From assembly GCA_965200315.1 (NCBI GenBank), contig OZ241362.1, positions 3,008,001-3,072,000 on the forward strand: a DNA stretch of 64,000 bases, written 5' to 3'. This DNA comes from Candidatus Latescibacterota bacterium. Lineage in GTDB: Bacteria; Latescibacterota; UBA2968; UBA8231. A program made the translations under genes and the position numbers. The notes beneath the pieces are model-generated. The model did no database searches, was not told the DNA's origin, and saw only the letters and a program-made list of their open reading frames with translations. This document shows positions 40,753 to 51,309 of this stretch, in pieces; positions within the stretch are counted from its first letter, which is position 1; each line of letters starts with the position of its first letter.

Positions 40753-41772
40753 ATGAGCCAACTCAGCATCGGCGTCGCCGGGCTTGGCCACGGCCGAACG
40801 CTACTTGGGGCCAACCAGCCGGAAAACAGCACCCTGCCGATCCGCGTCACCGCTCTGTGCGACGCACAGCAAGACAAACTCGAAGCGCTCGGCCGCGAAT
40901 TCGGGATCGACGCCCTCACGTCTGATTTCGACGAACTAGTCGCACGAAGCGACCTCGACGTCATCGGTATCTACACGCCCGGCCCGCTCCACGCGCAGCA
41001 GATCCTGACCGCGCTCGACGCGGGCAAGCACGTGATGGTCACCAAGTCGATGGTGTACACGATGGAAGAGGTCGAACAGGTTGTGGAAGCCGTTGACCGA
41101 TCCGGCAAGGTGCTGCTCGTCACGCAGAGTCTGCGCGGGAGGTATGACTTCATTGAGGCCAAGCGCGCCTGCGATGCCGGCGAGATCGGTGAACTCTTCA
41201 TGGCCGAAGCCCACTACGTTCACGATCTCCGCCCGGTCTATGCCTACTCGCCGTGGCGAGTCGAGATGCCGCAGGACCTGATATTGGGCGGGGCCTGCCA
41301 CCCGATTGATCTTCTGAGCTGGTTCATGGGCGACATAGACGAAGTCCATTGCTACGGGCTGCGCAGCGGCGTCGCACCGGACTATCCCCAAGAGGACAAC
41401 TTCGTCGTCAACGTGAAGTTCACATCTGGAAAGATCGGACGCATTGCGAACTTTCTCGGCATCGTACACCCACACGACGTCCCGATGAACAGCCTTGCCG
41501 TTTACGGGACTCGCGGCACCATTCTCAACGGCGTAAAAAGCCTCGATCCCATCGGCGACCTGCCCTCGCGCAGGGTCGCCGCAGAATTCTCATCTATGCG
41601 GGGCCACGCCAGCGAGATGATCGTCATGCTGCGGCACATGGCTGATTGCGTCCTGAACGGTACAAAGCCTTGGGTCGGCGTCCGCGAGGGGGCTAGGGTG
41701 GTTGCCACAGGGCTTGCGTGTTGGGATTCGCTCAGATCGGGGATGCCAGAGAAGGTGCGGAACGATTTCTGA
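40753..41772 (+). CDS. Gfo/Idh/MocA oxidoreductase
   Basis: IGVAGLGHG, YTPGPLH, GKHV, ACHPIDL. Confidence 0.9.
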   Translation: MSQLSIGVAGLGHGRTLLGANQPENSTLPIRVTALCDAQQDKLEALGREFGIDALTSDFDELVARSDLDVIGIYTPGPLHAQQILTALDAGKHVMVTKSMVYTMEEVEQVVEAVDRSGKVLLVTQSLRGRYDFIEAKRACDAGEIGELFMAEAHYVHDLRPVYAYSPWRVEMPQDLILGGACHPIDLLSWFMGDIDEVHCYGLRSGVAPDYPQEDNFVVNVKFTSGKIGRIANFLGIVHPHDVPMNSLAVYGTRGTILNGVKSLDPIGDLPSRRVAAEFSSMRGHASEMIVMLRHMADCVLNGTKPWVGVREGARVVATGLACWDSLRSGMPEKVRNDF

Positions 41773-41793
41773 CGACGTAGAGGGGAGCCCTTC

Positions 41794-42783
41794 GTGCCCG
41801 TTTGTATTCCCAAAGACGCCAAGCGCATTATGCCCGATCTGTTGCGGGACTTTACTACTGAAGTGTTGCGCAAAGTCCGTTTGCCCGACGGCGATGCTGC
41901 GTTGATTGCGCGCTATCTGGTGGATGTGGATTTGCGCGGGGTGGTTTCCCACGGTACGCGCCAGTTGCAACGGTATGTAGCTGAGTTTCGCGAGGGACGC
42001 ATTAACTCACATCCCGAAATTGCCCAAGTCATGGATGCCCCTTCAATGGCGATTTTTGACGGCGACGGCGGTACAGGTTACTTGGTAGCAACGCATGCAA
42101 CAGAGGCCGTCATTGAAAAGGCGAAAGCAAATGGCGTTGCCGTTGTGTGTACGCGCAATCACGGGCATGTGGGCAGCGTGGGGATTTATGCGCGGCTGGC
42201 ATTGGCACGCGATTTGGCGACCTTTGCCGTGGCTGGGGGTATCGCTTGGGAAAAGCCGACGCACCCCGATGCAACGGTGTGGGATGCAATGCATGCACCG
42301 CCGATGTGTTTTGGCATTCCAACGGCAGCAGGCCCGCCGTTTGTGCTGGATATGAATGCGAACATGTTGAAAGACCGCAGCAGGCTCGCCGAGGCATTGC
42401 AGACATTTCCAGATTTTGTTTTCAAGAGTTTGGGAATGCGATTTACGTCGTGGTTCTTGGCGGGCATTTTAGCGGGCACGGCGACGCCTGAATCGCGCAA
42501 TCCAAAATTCGCAAGTGCCACGCGGGCATTTATGCTGGTGGCGATTGATGTGGCGCGGTTGGGCGATTTGGAGGCTTATAAGGCAGAGCTTGCTCGCATT
42601 TTGCGCGCGAGCCGGTCGCTAAACCCCATGCCGGGCTTGGCAAGTGCCGAAGTGCCCGGCAGCTTGGAGTGGCAGCGCGAACAAGCGCGTGAGCAGAGCG
42701 GCATCCCACTGACCGAAGAACATTTCGACATGTTGCAGTGCATTGCTACGGAGATCAATGTCCCCGTTCCTTGGGAATTGTAG
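41794..42783 (+). CDS. Ldh_2 family (malate/L-lactate) oxidoreductase
   Basis: DLRGVVSHG, DGDGGTG, RNHGHVG, VPGSLE. Confidence 0.88.
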   Translation: MPVCIPKDAKRIMPDLLRDFTTEVLRKVRLPDGDAALIARYLVDVDLRGVVSHGTRQLQRYVAEFREGRINSHPEIAQVMDAPSMAIFDGDGGTGYLVATHATEAVIEKAKANGVAVVCTRNHGHVGSVGIYARLALARDLATFAVAGGIAWEKPTHPDATVWDAMHAPPMCFGIPTAAGPPFVLDMNANMLKDRSRLAEALQTFPDFVFKSLGMRFTSWFLAGILAGTATPESRNPKFASATRAFMLVAIDVARLGDLEAYKAELARILRASRSLNPMPGLASAEVPGSLEWQREQAREQSGIPLTEEHFDMLQCIATEINVPVPWEL

Positions 42784-42802
42784 TGGACGATAATGCGGCG
42801 AT

Positions 42803-42868
42803 GCGGCCCCGCAGCTACCCTTCAAAAGCAAGTACCCGCAGCGGAATGGCGTCGGTTTCGGCGGCCGG
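42803..42868. repeat. 66-bp direct repeat, left island boundary (copy of the cyclase 3' end)
   Basis: Identical to 53357-53422. Confidence 0.95.
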
Positions 42869-42929
42869 AAAGCAGATATGGCCCAAATCATTGCATCTAC
42901 TAACAAAGGTTTTTTATGATAAATCCTTA

Positions 42930-43200
42930 TGAGAAGCGTAACGCTCTGCGCGTCCACGATCCCCGCCGCGGGCGTCGGCTTGCGGCCTTGCTGGGGGCGT
43001 TCCCGCCGGGTTAGCGCGTCAAGGATGCGTTTCCAAACCCCGGGTTGACGCCACCGATGAAAGTAGCTATATACCGTCTGCCAAGGGCCGAAAGACGCCG
43101 GGAGCCATCGGCCAAGGACCCCCGTTTTAGCCCGATATAAAAGGCCATGGATAACGACCCGCACTTCCCGGGGCGGACGACCCCGCCCCCCGCGACACCA
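42930..43200 (-). pseudogene. IS5-family transposase N-terminal remnant
   Basis: GLLYRAKTG..RWLP..FGPWQTVYSYFHRWR..GVW...GRKPTPAAGIVDAQSV; truncated. Confidence 0.85.
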
Positions 43201-43382
43201 ACGACACGAAGGAAGCAGGCGAGCAAGCACAGACTATTGCTCATCGGTCAAATCGGTTGCAGATGCCAGACCGGACGTACTCATGTAACCCGCCGTTCAG
43301 GCTTTGTCGTGAAACCTAAAGGTCGCTAATGGGTACGTCCTTTCAACATAAAAACAACTAAAAGGGAATTTTAAAGACGCTT

Positions 43383-45599
43383 TTGAGAATTTCGAGAGAG
43401 AAGTTAAAGGCTGAGGCGGATGCCTTGCGTAAGCGGGCCGAGCCGGTTTGGGCGGCCCTTGAAGACCTTGAAGGCCGCGACCAGTGCCAGCGAGCATTCG
43501 AGAGTTCGCTGTTGCACTTTGAACAACAACGCCTTTGCATCACAGTGATGGGGGAGTTCAATACGGGCAAATCTACCCTCCTCAACACTTTTATCGGAGA
43601 AGAACTGCTTGCGACCGACCAGTTGGAATGTACGGCCGTGCCAACTTGGATTCGGTGGGCAGACAGCGAAAGCTTCGATGAGGATCGACAGGCCACCGTG
43701 ATTTATAAGAATGGCGATTCGGCTGCCATGCCCCGGTCTGAGGTCAGTGTCCATACTACTCTTGATCAGGACTCTTGGGAGGCCACTGAACGGGTCGAAA
43801 TTGTCTTGCAACCTGAAGAAAAACAACCAACGGGCGTTGTGCTCGTCGATACGCCTGGACTCAACGGCAATCCAGAGTTGGAAGCGCGAAGCATTCATCA
43901 GCTTAGCATGTCTCACGTGACCATTGTCGTGGTTCCCGTCGATGGGATTGGGCGGGAGAGCGATGTCGAGTTGATCAAAAAGGCGCGGTCTATTGCGGCC
44001 CGCGTCATAGTCGTCATCAATAAGTGCGATCAATACGCAAAGATAGGGGATGGATTCGAGAAGTATAAAGAAGAACTCCACAGACGAGTTCCTGATCTTC
44101 CCCGCGAGGAGATTTATACGCTCTCTGCCAAACGCGCTTTTGAAGGCAATGTCTACCGCGATGGCGAAGAGGAACTAGAGAACGAATTTTACCGCTTCTG
44201 CAACGAGCTGCGGAAGAATGCAGAGGAAGAGGTCCAGACCTCTGCACTCCGAAAGCGTCCGTTATTACTTTTGCGCGAGATTTGTAAGACAGAGATCGCT
44301 CACATTGAAAAACGTGATGCAGAGTGCGATGCGAGCGTTTTGAAGGAGCGGAAAGCAGCGGAAGCACATCTTAAAGAGGCCACTAAGAATCTAGAACGCT
44401 CGCTAGACAAAATTCTCCGATTGGCGCGAAAGGCTCTGATGGAGGAGTTGAGGCGCCTCCAACACTTTCTGACCGAAGAACAGCCTCGCATTGAACGCGA
44501 GATGGCGAGGTTTGTCGATGATGGATTAGATGATAAGTTGCTAGAGCGAGATGATCTAAGAGTGGCGCAAAAGATGGTGTCTGAACGGCTAAACGAAAGC
44601 ATGCAAAAATCTATTTTTGAGCGGCTCTCTCGGTTGTTGAGAGCGGTGACGAGTCGATTGATCTATGACCTTGAAAACCGGGGGAGGGTCTCTACGTTGG
44701 ATTTGCCAAAGGTGGCTTCTATCAAACTAGACAAGGCCCCGTTAAAAGAGCAAGCCGACAAAGCGAGTGAGGCGCTGAGCCGCCGAGAAGACGAGCTCGA
44801 TAGGCTGAAGCGGGAGGTCGCAAGGTGTGAGCGGGCTGTGCAAAGGCGAAAGGCAAAGGTCGAAACGCTTGAGAGACAGTCTGCTCAGTTAGAGAATTTA
44901 GAGAAGCAACGCAAAAAGGCTGTGAGGGATAGAACGCAACTCGGGCCGAAACCGGCTCCAAAAGTGGAACATTACACTGATTATGTGACGAGGGCCGTGG
45001 AGCGCGGCGGATTAGGATGGATTTTGGACATATTCCATACCAAGACCGAAGTGTTCCCGGTGACGCGGCAACGCAAAGATTATAGCCCCGTTAAAAAATG
45101 GGAACGCGAGTACGAGGCGGCGAATGAGAAGGTTTCCGATTTAGATAAGAAGATTAAGCCTCTCAAAGAGATGCGGACAGAGATGAGAAAGATCGAAGGC
45201 GAGATTCCAAAATTGCGACGAGAGGCTAACAATGCCAAAGCAAACTTGAGACGTGCAGAGGCGCGTCTGGCAGAGGAACGAGAGAGGTATCGTCAGTCGG
45301 GAATGAAAACCCGACAAGCACAGCTTAAGGCAGGTGCCCGAAGGGAGTTGGAAAGTCTCTTTGATTCGCTTCCCGATAGACTTGAACGGGAGGCCGAGCA
45401 AATGCTGGAGGGGATTTCACGAGGTTTCCGTACGCGCTTCAAACAGGCTGCGGACCAGCAGCGCAAGGTGCTCGCAGACAAGATGGCGCGGAAGAAGAAA
45501 GAGGCAGACGAAGCAGATGCAGATGATGAACGAGTGAAGCGCGAAGCTGTTCGTAAAACGCTTGCGGAGGCATTGGAGACTTTTCGCAGCGAAAACTGA
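43383..45599 (+). CDS. Dynamin-like GTPase 1
   Basis: G1 GEFNTGKST, G2 CT, G3 DTPG, G4 NKCD; long coiled coil; hydrophobic GGLGWILDIF. Confidence 0.9.
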   Translation: MRISREKLKAEADALRKRAEPVWAALEDLEGRDQCQRAFESSLLHFEQQRLCITVMGEFNTGKSTLLNTFIGEELLATDQLECTAVPTWIRWADSESFDEDRQATVIYKNGDSAAMPRSEVSVHTTLDQDSWEATERVEIVLQPEEKQPTGVVLVDTPGLNGNPELEARSIHQLSMSHVTIVVVPVDGIGRESDVELIKKARSIAARVIVVINKCDQYAKIGDGFEKYKEELHRRVPDLPREEIYTLSAKRAFEGNVYRDGEEELENEFYRFCNELRKNAEEEVQTSALRKRPLLLLREICKTEIAHIEKRDAECDASVLKERKAAEAHLKEATKNLERSLDKILRLARKALMEELRRLQHFLTEEQPRIEREMARFVDDGLDDKLLERDDLRVAQKMVSERLNESMQKSIFERLSRLLRAVTSRLIYDLENRGRVSTLDLPKVASIKLDKAPLKEQADKASEALSRREDELDRLKREVARCERAVQRRKAKVETLERQSAQLENLEKQRKKAVRDRTQLGPKPAPKVEHYTDYVTRAVERGGLGWILDIFHTKTEVFPVTRQRKDYSPVKKWEREYEAANEKVSDLDKKIKPLKEMRTEMRKIEGEIPKLRREANNAKANLRRAEARLAEERERYRQSGMKTRQAQLKAGARRELESLFDSLPDRLEREAEQMLEGISRGFRTRFKQAADQQRKVLADKMARKKKEADEADADDERVKREAVRKTLAEALETFRSEN

Positions 45600-45618
45600 A
45601 AACTAAGGAGTAAAGAAC

Positions 45619-47979
45619 ATGAGTGTCAAAAATCGGTTTGCGGAGTTGCGCGACGAGGTGGTTGACCTATTGAAGCGATCTGCCAAAGTCATGGAGAATG
45701 TCGTCCCGCACTTGGGCGATGAAAGCGCGAGTAGCCTTCCACAGACTTTCCAAGAACGGGCTAACACCGTTCAGAATGAGGAGTTCGTAGTCGTGGTCGT
45801 CGGCGAGATGAATCGCGGAAAATCCATGCTCCTCAACGCAATGATGCACAAGCAATTACTCACGATGGACGTGCTTGAGTGTACAGCAACAGTCAATTTT
45901 CTTCGGTATCCAAAGACGAAAGAAGGTCAGTCGTCCGACCATGTCGAGGTGCATTTTACCAATGGAAGTCCATCAGAAAAAGTGCCGGTTGATAAACTCG
46001 CAGATTATACCTCGCGGCTCTCTGCCCTCGGCAGCGAAAAAGTGGCGGATTTGGTGAATCATGTAGATGCCTTTGTTAAATCTCCCTTTCTTGAGGACAA
46101 TGTACTGCTCGTAGATACTCCGGGGACGAATACAACTACTCACAACCACATTCGGATTACCAATGATCAGATTGATCGCAGTAATGCGGCCATTTTTCTT
46201 TTTGGTGCAGAAACGCAAGTGACCCAGTCTGATCGGCAGTTTCTCGAGGGTGTAGAAGAGGCTGTCGCCCGCCTATTTTTTGTGGTGAACAAAATTGACA
46301 GTGTTGACGAGAGTCAGATCAGCCGGGTTTTGGAGCGCGTGGAAAGTAGTATTCGGGATGTCGTGGATCAGTCCAAGATGCGCCGAGTCTTTGGCGTGTC
46401 TGGTGCGAAGGCACTGCTTGGGCGTGCTGGGTATGTGAAAACTCCGATTTTGGCAGAGAGTGAGCGGAGCAGGTTGGAGGATCGGCAGTTTCGCGAGACT
46501 TTGATCGAAGAGTCCGGGATCAGTGCCTTTGAGGCTGACCTCGAACGGTATCTTTTTCGTGGCGGCAAGGGTTATGATCTCTTACATAGCCCGCTCTCGT
46601 TCGTTCAAAGCGAGACCGCTAAGCTCATAGAGAAGTTGCATCGGCAGATTGAGGTTCTCGACGACACTTTTGATCTAGCCGATCTCGAATTGAAAGTAGA
46701 AAAGATGGAACGCGTTGTGGAAGATCGAAAACGCGAAATCGAAGGCATGAAGGGTGAACTTTCTGAGGAGTTTTCGCAGACATTATCGCAGGCAAAAGAT
46801 GCCTTTGAGGAGCGATGCAAGTTGGCTGAAGAAGCTCTCAAGGACGAGATCAATGCCTACGACTCGCATGAAGCGCTTAAAGACAACTGGGGCGCGGGTG
46901 CCCAATTAGCCAATTTACCGGGCAGAAATTTCGCGGCACTCGGAAGGCAGGCGGGGAAGTTGTTGAATGACGCCGTAGGTAGTGTGCTACGCAAGCAGAC
47001 GCGAGAGATTCGGAGGCAGGTTCGGGGCGAGCTGGGAGAGATCGCTTTGGAGCTTCCCGAAGTACCCGACATGGCGTTTCAGGTGCCGGAACCGAAGATC
47101 GATGAAGCTGAAGCAGAGAAAGTCAAAGAACTCGAAAGAGAAATTGAAGACCGTGATCGGCAGTTAGAAAAGTTGGATGAGGCACAGGCAGGATCGAATG
47201 AACGTCGCTACATGGACCTAAAGGAGGAAAAGAAGCGATTGAACGAGGAATATCTCGCAGAACTCCAAAGTCACGGCAGCCGTCCCGCGGTGAGAACTAG
47301 AACGGTTATAGAAGAAAAGGTTGAAGATGTCAGAGGAATTGGAGGGGTCTTCATGTTCCTTTTGAGGGGAAAAAAGCGGGTACAAGTACCAAGAGAAGTT
47401 GATGATGACCGAGCCCAAAAACATTACGACAAAAGCAAAGGGCGCATTGAGGACCAGTACCAAGAGAAGTTAGCTGAACTCAACCGCCGAACAAATGAAG
47501 CAGAGGTAAAGTACGACGCCGAGTTGTCGGAGAGGCGCAAAGCCGAGGTACTGGAAAAACTCAATCGAAATCGGAAACAGGCATTGGAACGGGCAGAAAG
47601 CCAGTATCGGGAAAATGTGGCGAAAGCTCGTCAACGCGCTGTGGAGTCAACCAAAGGACGATTGATTAGCACCTTTCAACGCGCTGTGGAAACTCTAGAA
47701 ACCGCTGTGGAACATTGTGTCGGTCAGACCGAAAAGATGGCCACGGATTTCATTGAGAACGCAATAGCGGAGCTCGATGCCACTTTGAATGGCCACAATC
47801 AGGAGTTGGCAAAGCTCAAATCTTTGAAGGACACAAAAGAAAGCGAGCGGGATACCAAAAAGGAAGGAATTACGGAGGCACTAGAAGAACTGAAGACCTT
47901 GCAAGAGGGGGCGTCGAGCTTAGAGAAAGAGCACGAGGCTTTTGTTGCGGAATCTGGCGAGGAGGTAACAAATGAGTGA
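45619..47979 (+). CDS. Dynamin-like GTPase 2
   Basis: G1 GEMNRGKS, CT, DTPG, NKID; coiled coil; hydrophobic GIGGVFMFLL. Confidence 0.92.
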   Translation: MSVKNRFAELRDEVVDLLKRSAKVMENVVPHLGDESASSLPQTFQERANTVQNEEFVVVVVGEMNRGKSMLLNAMMHKQLLTMDVLECTATVNFLRYPKTKEGQSSDHVEVHFTNGSPSEKVPVDKLADYTSRLSALGSEKVADLVNHVDAFVKSPFLEDNVLLVDTPGTNTTTHNHIRITNDQIDRSNAAIFLFGAETQVTQSDRQFLEGVEEAVARLFFVVNKIDSVDESQISRVLERVESSIRDVVDQSKMRRVFGVSGAKALLGRAGYVKTPILAESERSRLEDRQFRETLIEESGISAFEADLERYLFRGGKGYDLLHSPLSFVQSETAKLIEKLHRQIEVLDDTFDLADLELKVEKMERVVEDRKREIEGMKGELSEEFSQTLSQAKDAFEERCKLAEEALKDEINAYDSHEALKDNWGAGAQLANLPGRNFAALGRQAGKLLNDAVGSVLRKQTREIRRQVRGELGEIALELPEVPDMAFQVPEPKIDEAEAEKVKELEREIEDRDRQLEKLDEAQAGSNERRYMDLKEEKKRLNEEYLAELQSHGSRPAVRTRTVIEEKVEDVRGIGGVFMFLLRGKKRVQVPREVDDDRAQKHYDKSKGRIEDQYQEKLAELNRRTNEAEVKYDAELSERRKAEVLEKLNRNRKQALERAESQYRENVAKARQRAVESTKGRLISTFQRAVETLETAVEHCVGQTEKMATDFIENAIAELDATLNGHNQELAKLKSLKDTKESERDTKKEGITEALEELKTLQEGASSLEKEHEAFVAESGEEVTNE

Positions 47980-50362
47980 GTCGAGTGCTAGGGAACGCTG
48001 GAGAAAGATCGTCGAGACGCTGGATGCCGCTGGATTGGACCATTTGGCGGCTTATGTTCGCGACGAGTCTAATGCTGCACACGCCGCACCGTTGAGCATC
48101 CCCATCATCGGCGAAACCGGGTCGGGAAAGAGCGCGTTGGTTGCTCGCATTTTTGGGGTAGAGCCAGCGACTTTTCCTATAGACGTTCTCGAATCCACGG
48201 CTCGTCCGGTTGAAGTCAAGTACGCACGAACTAATTATCGCGCTGTGGTGCATGGTGATTCTGAGGAATGGGAAGAGTGTGAAGATGATGCACGTTGGGA
48301 CGCGCTGGTACGGGGACAGGATCCACTCAGTAGCGGTTCGCGTCTTGAAGTCGGGTTGCAGCGCGAAGACTTGGCGACTTGGAATGCCAGCATTGTGGAT
48401 ACGCCCGGAATGAATACCAACACGCCGGAATTGGAGGGACGCGCTTGGGCTGCGGCCGCTACTGCGCCGGTGGTGATATTAGCCATCCCCGCGACGAGCA
48501 CGGGCCGGAGGACTGACATTGACTACTTGGAGAGCTTGGGCGACAACTCGGCGAGTGTTGTAATCGCGCTTACAAAAGCAGATCAGCTACCACAAGATTC
48601 GGTAGATCGAGTTATCGACGATTTTCGCAATCGCCTCGCCGAGCGCGGTATCTCGCCGCTTGAGATATTGCCGACATCGAGTACCGAGGGAAAAGGTATT
48701 GAAAAGCTGCGGCAGGTTTTGACCGAGGTAACGGGAATGCGCCGCGATCAATTGATCGCGCACCATGTTGGTGGTCGCGTGGTTGCGAAGATTCAGAGTG
48801 AATTGTCGGCTCTCCGCCTCAAGCAGACGGCTCTCGAATCGGAGGCATTGACCATAAGGGAACGAGGCGAGATCGAAGAGCGCGATATTGACGAGGAAAG
48901 GGCCGACCAAGAGGCTGATCTTACAAACACCACCAACACATTGAAAGATCGCTGTAAGCGGCTGCGTCTCGAAGCGTTCAATCGCATGCACGAAATTGGT
49001 AAGGCGGTTCTCCAAACCATTTCCGAGGAGATCGCCCCATTACAAACCCGGGACCAAGTTCAGCATTTTGCCGATAGCTCTGTTCGCCGGTGCGTTTTAC
49101 AGTGGCGGGAAAAGTGTATTGCCGTGGCTGAAGGTCGCTTGGAGGAGCTCGACCAAGCAGGTGTCCAAACGGCCAAGGAGATGGCATCTCAACACTTTGA
49201 TCAGATCGGCCTGGCAACGGATTGGCTACAAGAACTGCCGGAAGGAACGGTGTCCCCTGCTTGGGACTCGGCAAGTGTCGATGATTTGCAGAATTTTCGA
49301 GCGGAGTTGGAGGGCGAAATTGAGGAATTGAAGAAACAGAAACACGCGCCAGCCGAGGAGTTGGAAGATATCCAACAGGCACTATCTGTTACACAAACGG
49401 AGCGCGACAAACTCGTATATGTGCCGCAGATGGATAAGGTTCGCCTCGACCAAGGAGCAGGAGAATTTCGAGAGGGTGGGCGTATATTGGGGAAGATCGC
49501 AGATGTGGCTTTGACTTTATCACCTATTCCCACAGGAGGAAAGGTCGGTGTGTTTTTGAAAAATCTGCCAAAGGGGGGGCAGATCATTAGTGGGATCAAG
49601 AAATACAATGGCCTCATTGCCGCACGCGACAAACGGTTGCTAAACGCTGTGTCCAGTACTACACATCTGTCCAAGCCTTTGCAGACAAAACTGCCGGCTA
49701 CGCCCGGTAGAAGGATGACAACAGATGTAGCCCGAGGGTGGCTGATGAAAGCTATCGATAACTTGTCCCTTGAAACTTGGGGCGAACGCTTGGGCGGAGC
49801 AGTAGGCAATTGGATTAGTCCCGACAAAGTAGTAGAGATCGAGAATGAAGAGGTGCGTCAAGAGTTTCTCAAGCGAACGAAGCCCTTTGAGGATGAGATA
49901 CACAAGCTCAGGTATGAACAAACGAAAATCAAGTCGAGGCAGAATGAGATTGACCGGAAGCTAGAAGAAAAAATCGTCGAATTAGAGCGCAGAAAGCAGC
50001 TCGAAAAAGAGAGCGAGGAGTTGACGACACGCCAGCAGCGTTTAGAGGCAGAGGAACAGGCCACCAAGGCCAAGACAGCCTTGATGGCGCAACTGACTCG
50101 TCAATTTCTCGCTCACGATGGGGATTCGCTCTGTGCGGATATCCGCAAGGCCGTGGGCGCGGGTTTTGCTTCCGCCGATGAAGCACTTGAGAATCACCTG
50201 CGGGAGCGCGTGAGTGCTATCAAGTCCGAGGTTCAGGCCGCGTTGAAGGAAGCGCGAGCCAAACACGCTGAGGGAGAAGCGGCGGTCAAAAAAGCACTTG
50301 AAGAGAACCAGAAGATGCGTTCGGCCCTTGAGTCTGCATTATCACAACAGGAGACATTATGA
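47972..50362 (+). CDS. Dynamin-like GTPase 3
   Basis: G1 GETGSGKS, ST, DTPG, TKAD; coiled coil; hydrophobic ILGKIADVALTLSPIP. Confidence 0.9.
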   Translation: MSESSARERWRKIVETLDAAGLDHLAAYVRDESNAAHAAPLSIPIIGETGSGKSALVARIFGVEPATFPIDVLESTARPVEVKYARTNYRAVVHGDSEEWEECEDDARWDALVRGQDPLSSGSRLEVGLQREDLATWNASIVDTPGMNTNTPELEGRAWAAAATAPVVILAIPATSTGRRTDIDYLESLGDNSASVVIALTKADQLPQDSVDRVIDDFRNRLAERGISPLEILPTSSTEGKGIEKLRQVLTEVTGMRRDQLIAHHVGGRVVAKIQSELSALRLKQTALESEALTIRERGEIEERDIDEERADQEADLTNTTNTLKDRCKRLRLEAFNRMHEIGKAVLQTISEEIAPLQTRDQVQHFADSSVRRCVLQWREKCIAVAEGRLEELDQAGVQTAKEMASQHFDQIGLATDWLQELPEGTVSPAWDSASVDDLQNFRAELEGEIEELKKQKHAPAEELEDIQQALSVTQTERDKLVYVPQMDKVRLDQGAGEFREGGRILGKIADVALTLSPIPTGGKVGVFLKNLPKGGQIISGIKKYNGLIAARDKRLLNAVSSTTHLSKPLQTKLPATPGRRMTTDVARGWLMKAIDNLSLETWGERLGGAVGNWISPDKVVEIENEEVRQEFLKRTKPFEDEIHKLRYEQTKIKSRQNEIDRKLEEKIVELERRKQLEKESEELTTRQQRLEAEEQATKAKTALMAQLTRQFLAHDGDSLCADIRKAVGAGFASADEALENHLRERVSAIKSEVQAALKEARAKHAEGEAAVKKALEENQKMRSALESALSQQETL

Positions 50363-51309
50363 GTCAGGGCATAGTCGCTCTCTGGGAACGGGTTCTCGAA
50401 AGAGACCGGGCTTTGAAGAAAACCTTGTCCGACGCCAGTGTAGTCGAGTCGAGCGACGATCCACTTGACGATTTTGATACTAGTATCCCTGATGATGGGT
50501 CTGAACCAGAGACTGATGATCCATTCGCTGATCTTGATCTCGACATTGAGTTTGACGACGATGAGTCTGAGCCAGATGGGTCTGAACCAGATGGGTCTGA
50601 ACCAGAGACTGATGATCCATTCGCTGATCTTGATCTCGACATTGAGTTTGACGACGATGAGTCTGAGCCAGATGAAGCAGAGAAGATCGTCGATGTACTC
50701 TTCGAGGAGTCGGCTGATCTCTGGTTGTCTCGGTCTCGTCTCGCGCTGGAACACGCGCTCCTGTCAATGGGACTCACGCGGGATGTTTTCCCCACAAAAC
50801 GCCCGCTACTGATCTTCGGATCACATCGTTCAAGGATCATCGCGCCCGAGTATCACCGCGTGGAGGTCACGCGGGAAGGTTGGCCCTGTCGCCTACAATC
50901 CACCGAACTGCTGACAAGCACTGCTGCTGCAAAAATTCTGGCATCTTCCCATGAGGGCGAGACCGTTGCGGTTGAGGTTTCAAATCCGTTGCTCGCCCGC
51001 GACCGGTGGATTGTCTTGTGGCCAAAGTTGGAAGTGCTTCCCGAAGTGACGGAGCTGCATCAATGGCAGCAGGTGCGCCGGGTCGTGTGGTGCGTCAATC
51101 GGGAGCAAATTGGACCGCAGGATGTCATTGATTGGCTTGCCCGTTGGCAAAACACACCCATTCGCATAGCACTCTTTAGAGTGACATCTTTTCTGCATGG
51201 GGAACAGGATGAGGTAGCACAATCAAAGGTGTTGCCAAGAGTTCGTCGAACACTCAAAAAATTCGATGCGATTAAGAGCCAGCCTTGGACCGTGGTAGGG
51301 CCGCAGTGA
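50359..51309 (+). CDS. Hypothetical protein: acidic repeat + possible inactive dynamin-like GTPase domain
   Basis: ATGA-coupled to dynamin 3; D/E-rich repeat; C-terminal pattern resembles a dynamin G domain lacking the G motifs. Confidence 0.75.
   Translation: MSQGIVALWERVLERDRALKKTLSDASVVESSDDPLDDFDTSIPDDGSEPETDDPFADLDLDIEFDDDESEPDGSEPDGSEPETDDPFADLDLDIEFDDDESEPDEAEKIVDVLFEESADLWLSRSRLALEHALLSMGLTRDVFPTKRPLLIFGSHRSRIIAPEYHRVEVTREGWPCRLQSTELLTSTAAAKILASSHEGETVAVEVSNPLLARDRWIVLWPKLEVLPEVTELHQWQQVRRVVWCVNREQIGPQDVIDWLARWQNTPIRIALFRVTSFLHGEQDEVAQSKVLPRVRRTLKKFDAIKSQPWTVVGPQ
50494..50670. repeat. Intragenic 81-bp duplication separated by a 15-bp partial copy
   Basis: 50494-50574 = 50590-50670, encoding DGSEPETDDPFADLDLDIEFDDDESEP. 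Confidence 0.92.

Noticed and set aside
43383-50362. Assigning leoA/leoB/leoC or crfC symbols to the dynamins
   Set aside because: Family membership is clear, but orthology cannot be established by eye and the architecture differs
50494-50670. Repeat resembling a mini CRISPR array
   Set aside because: In-frame coding duplication without unique spacers
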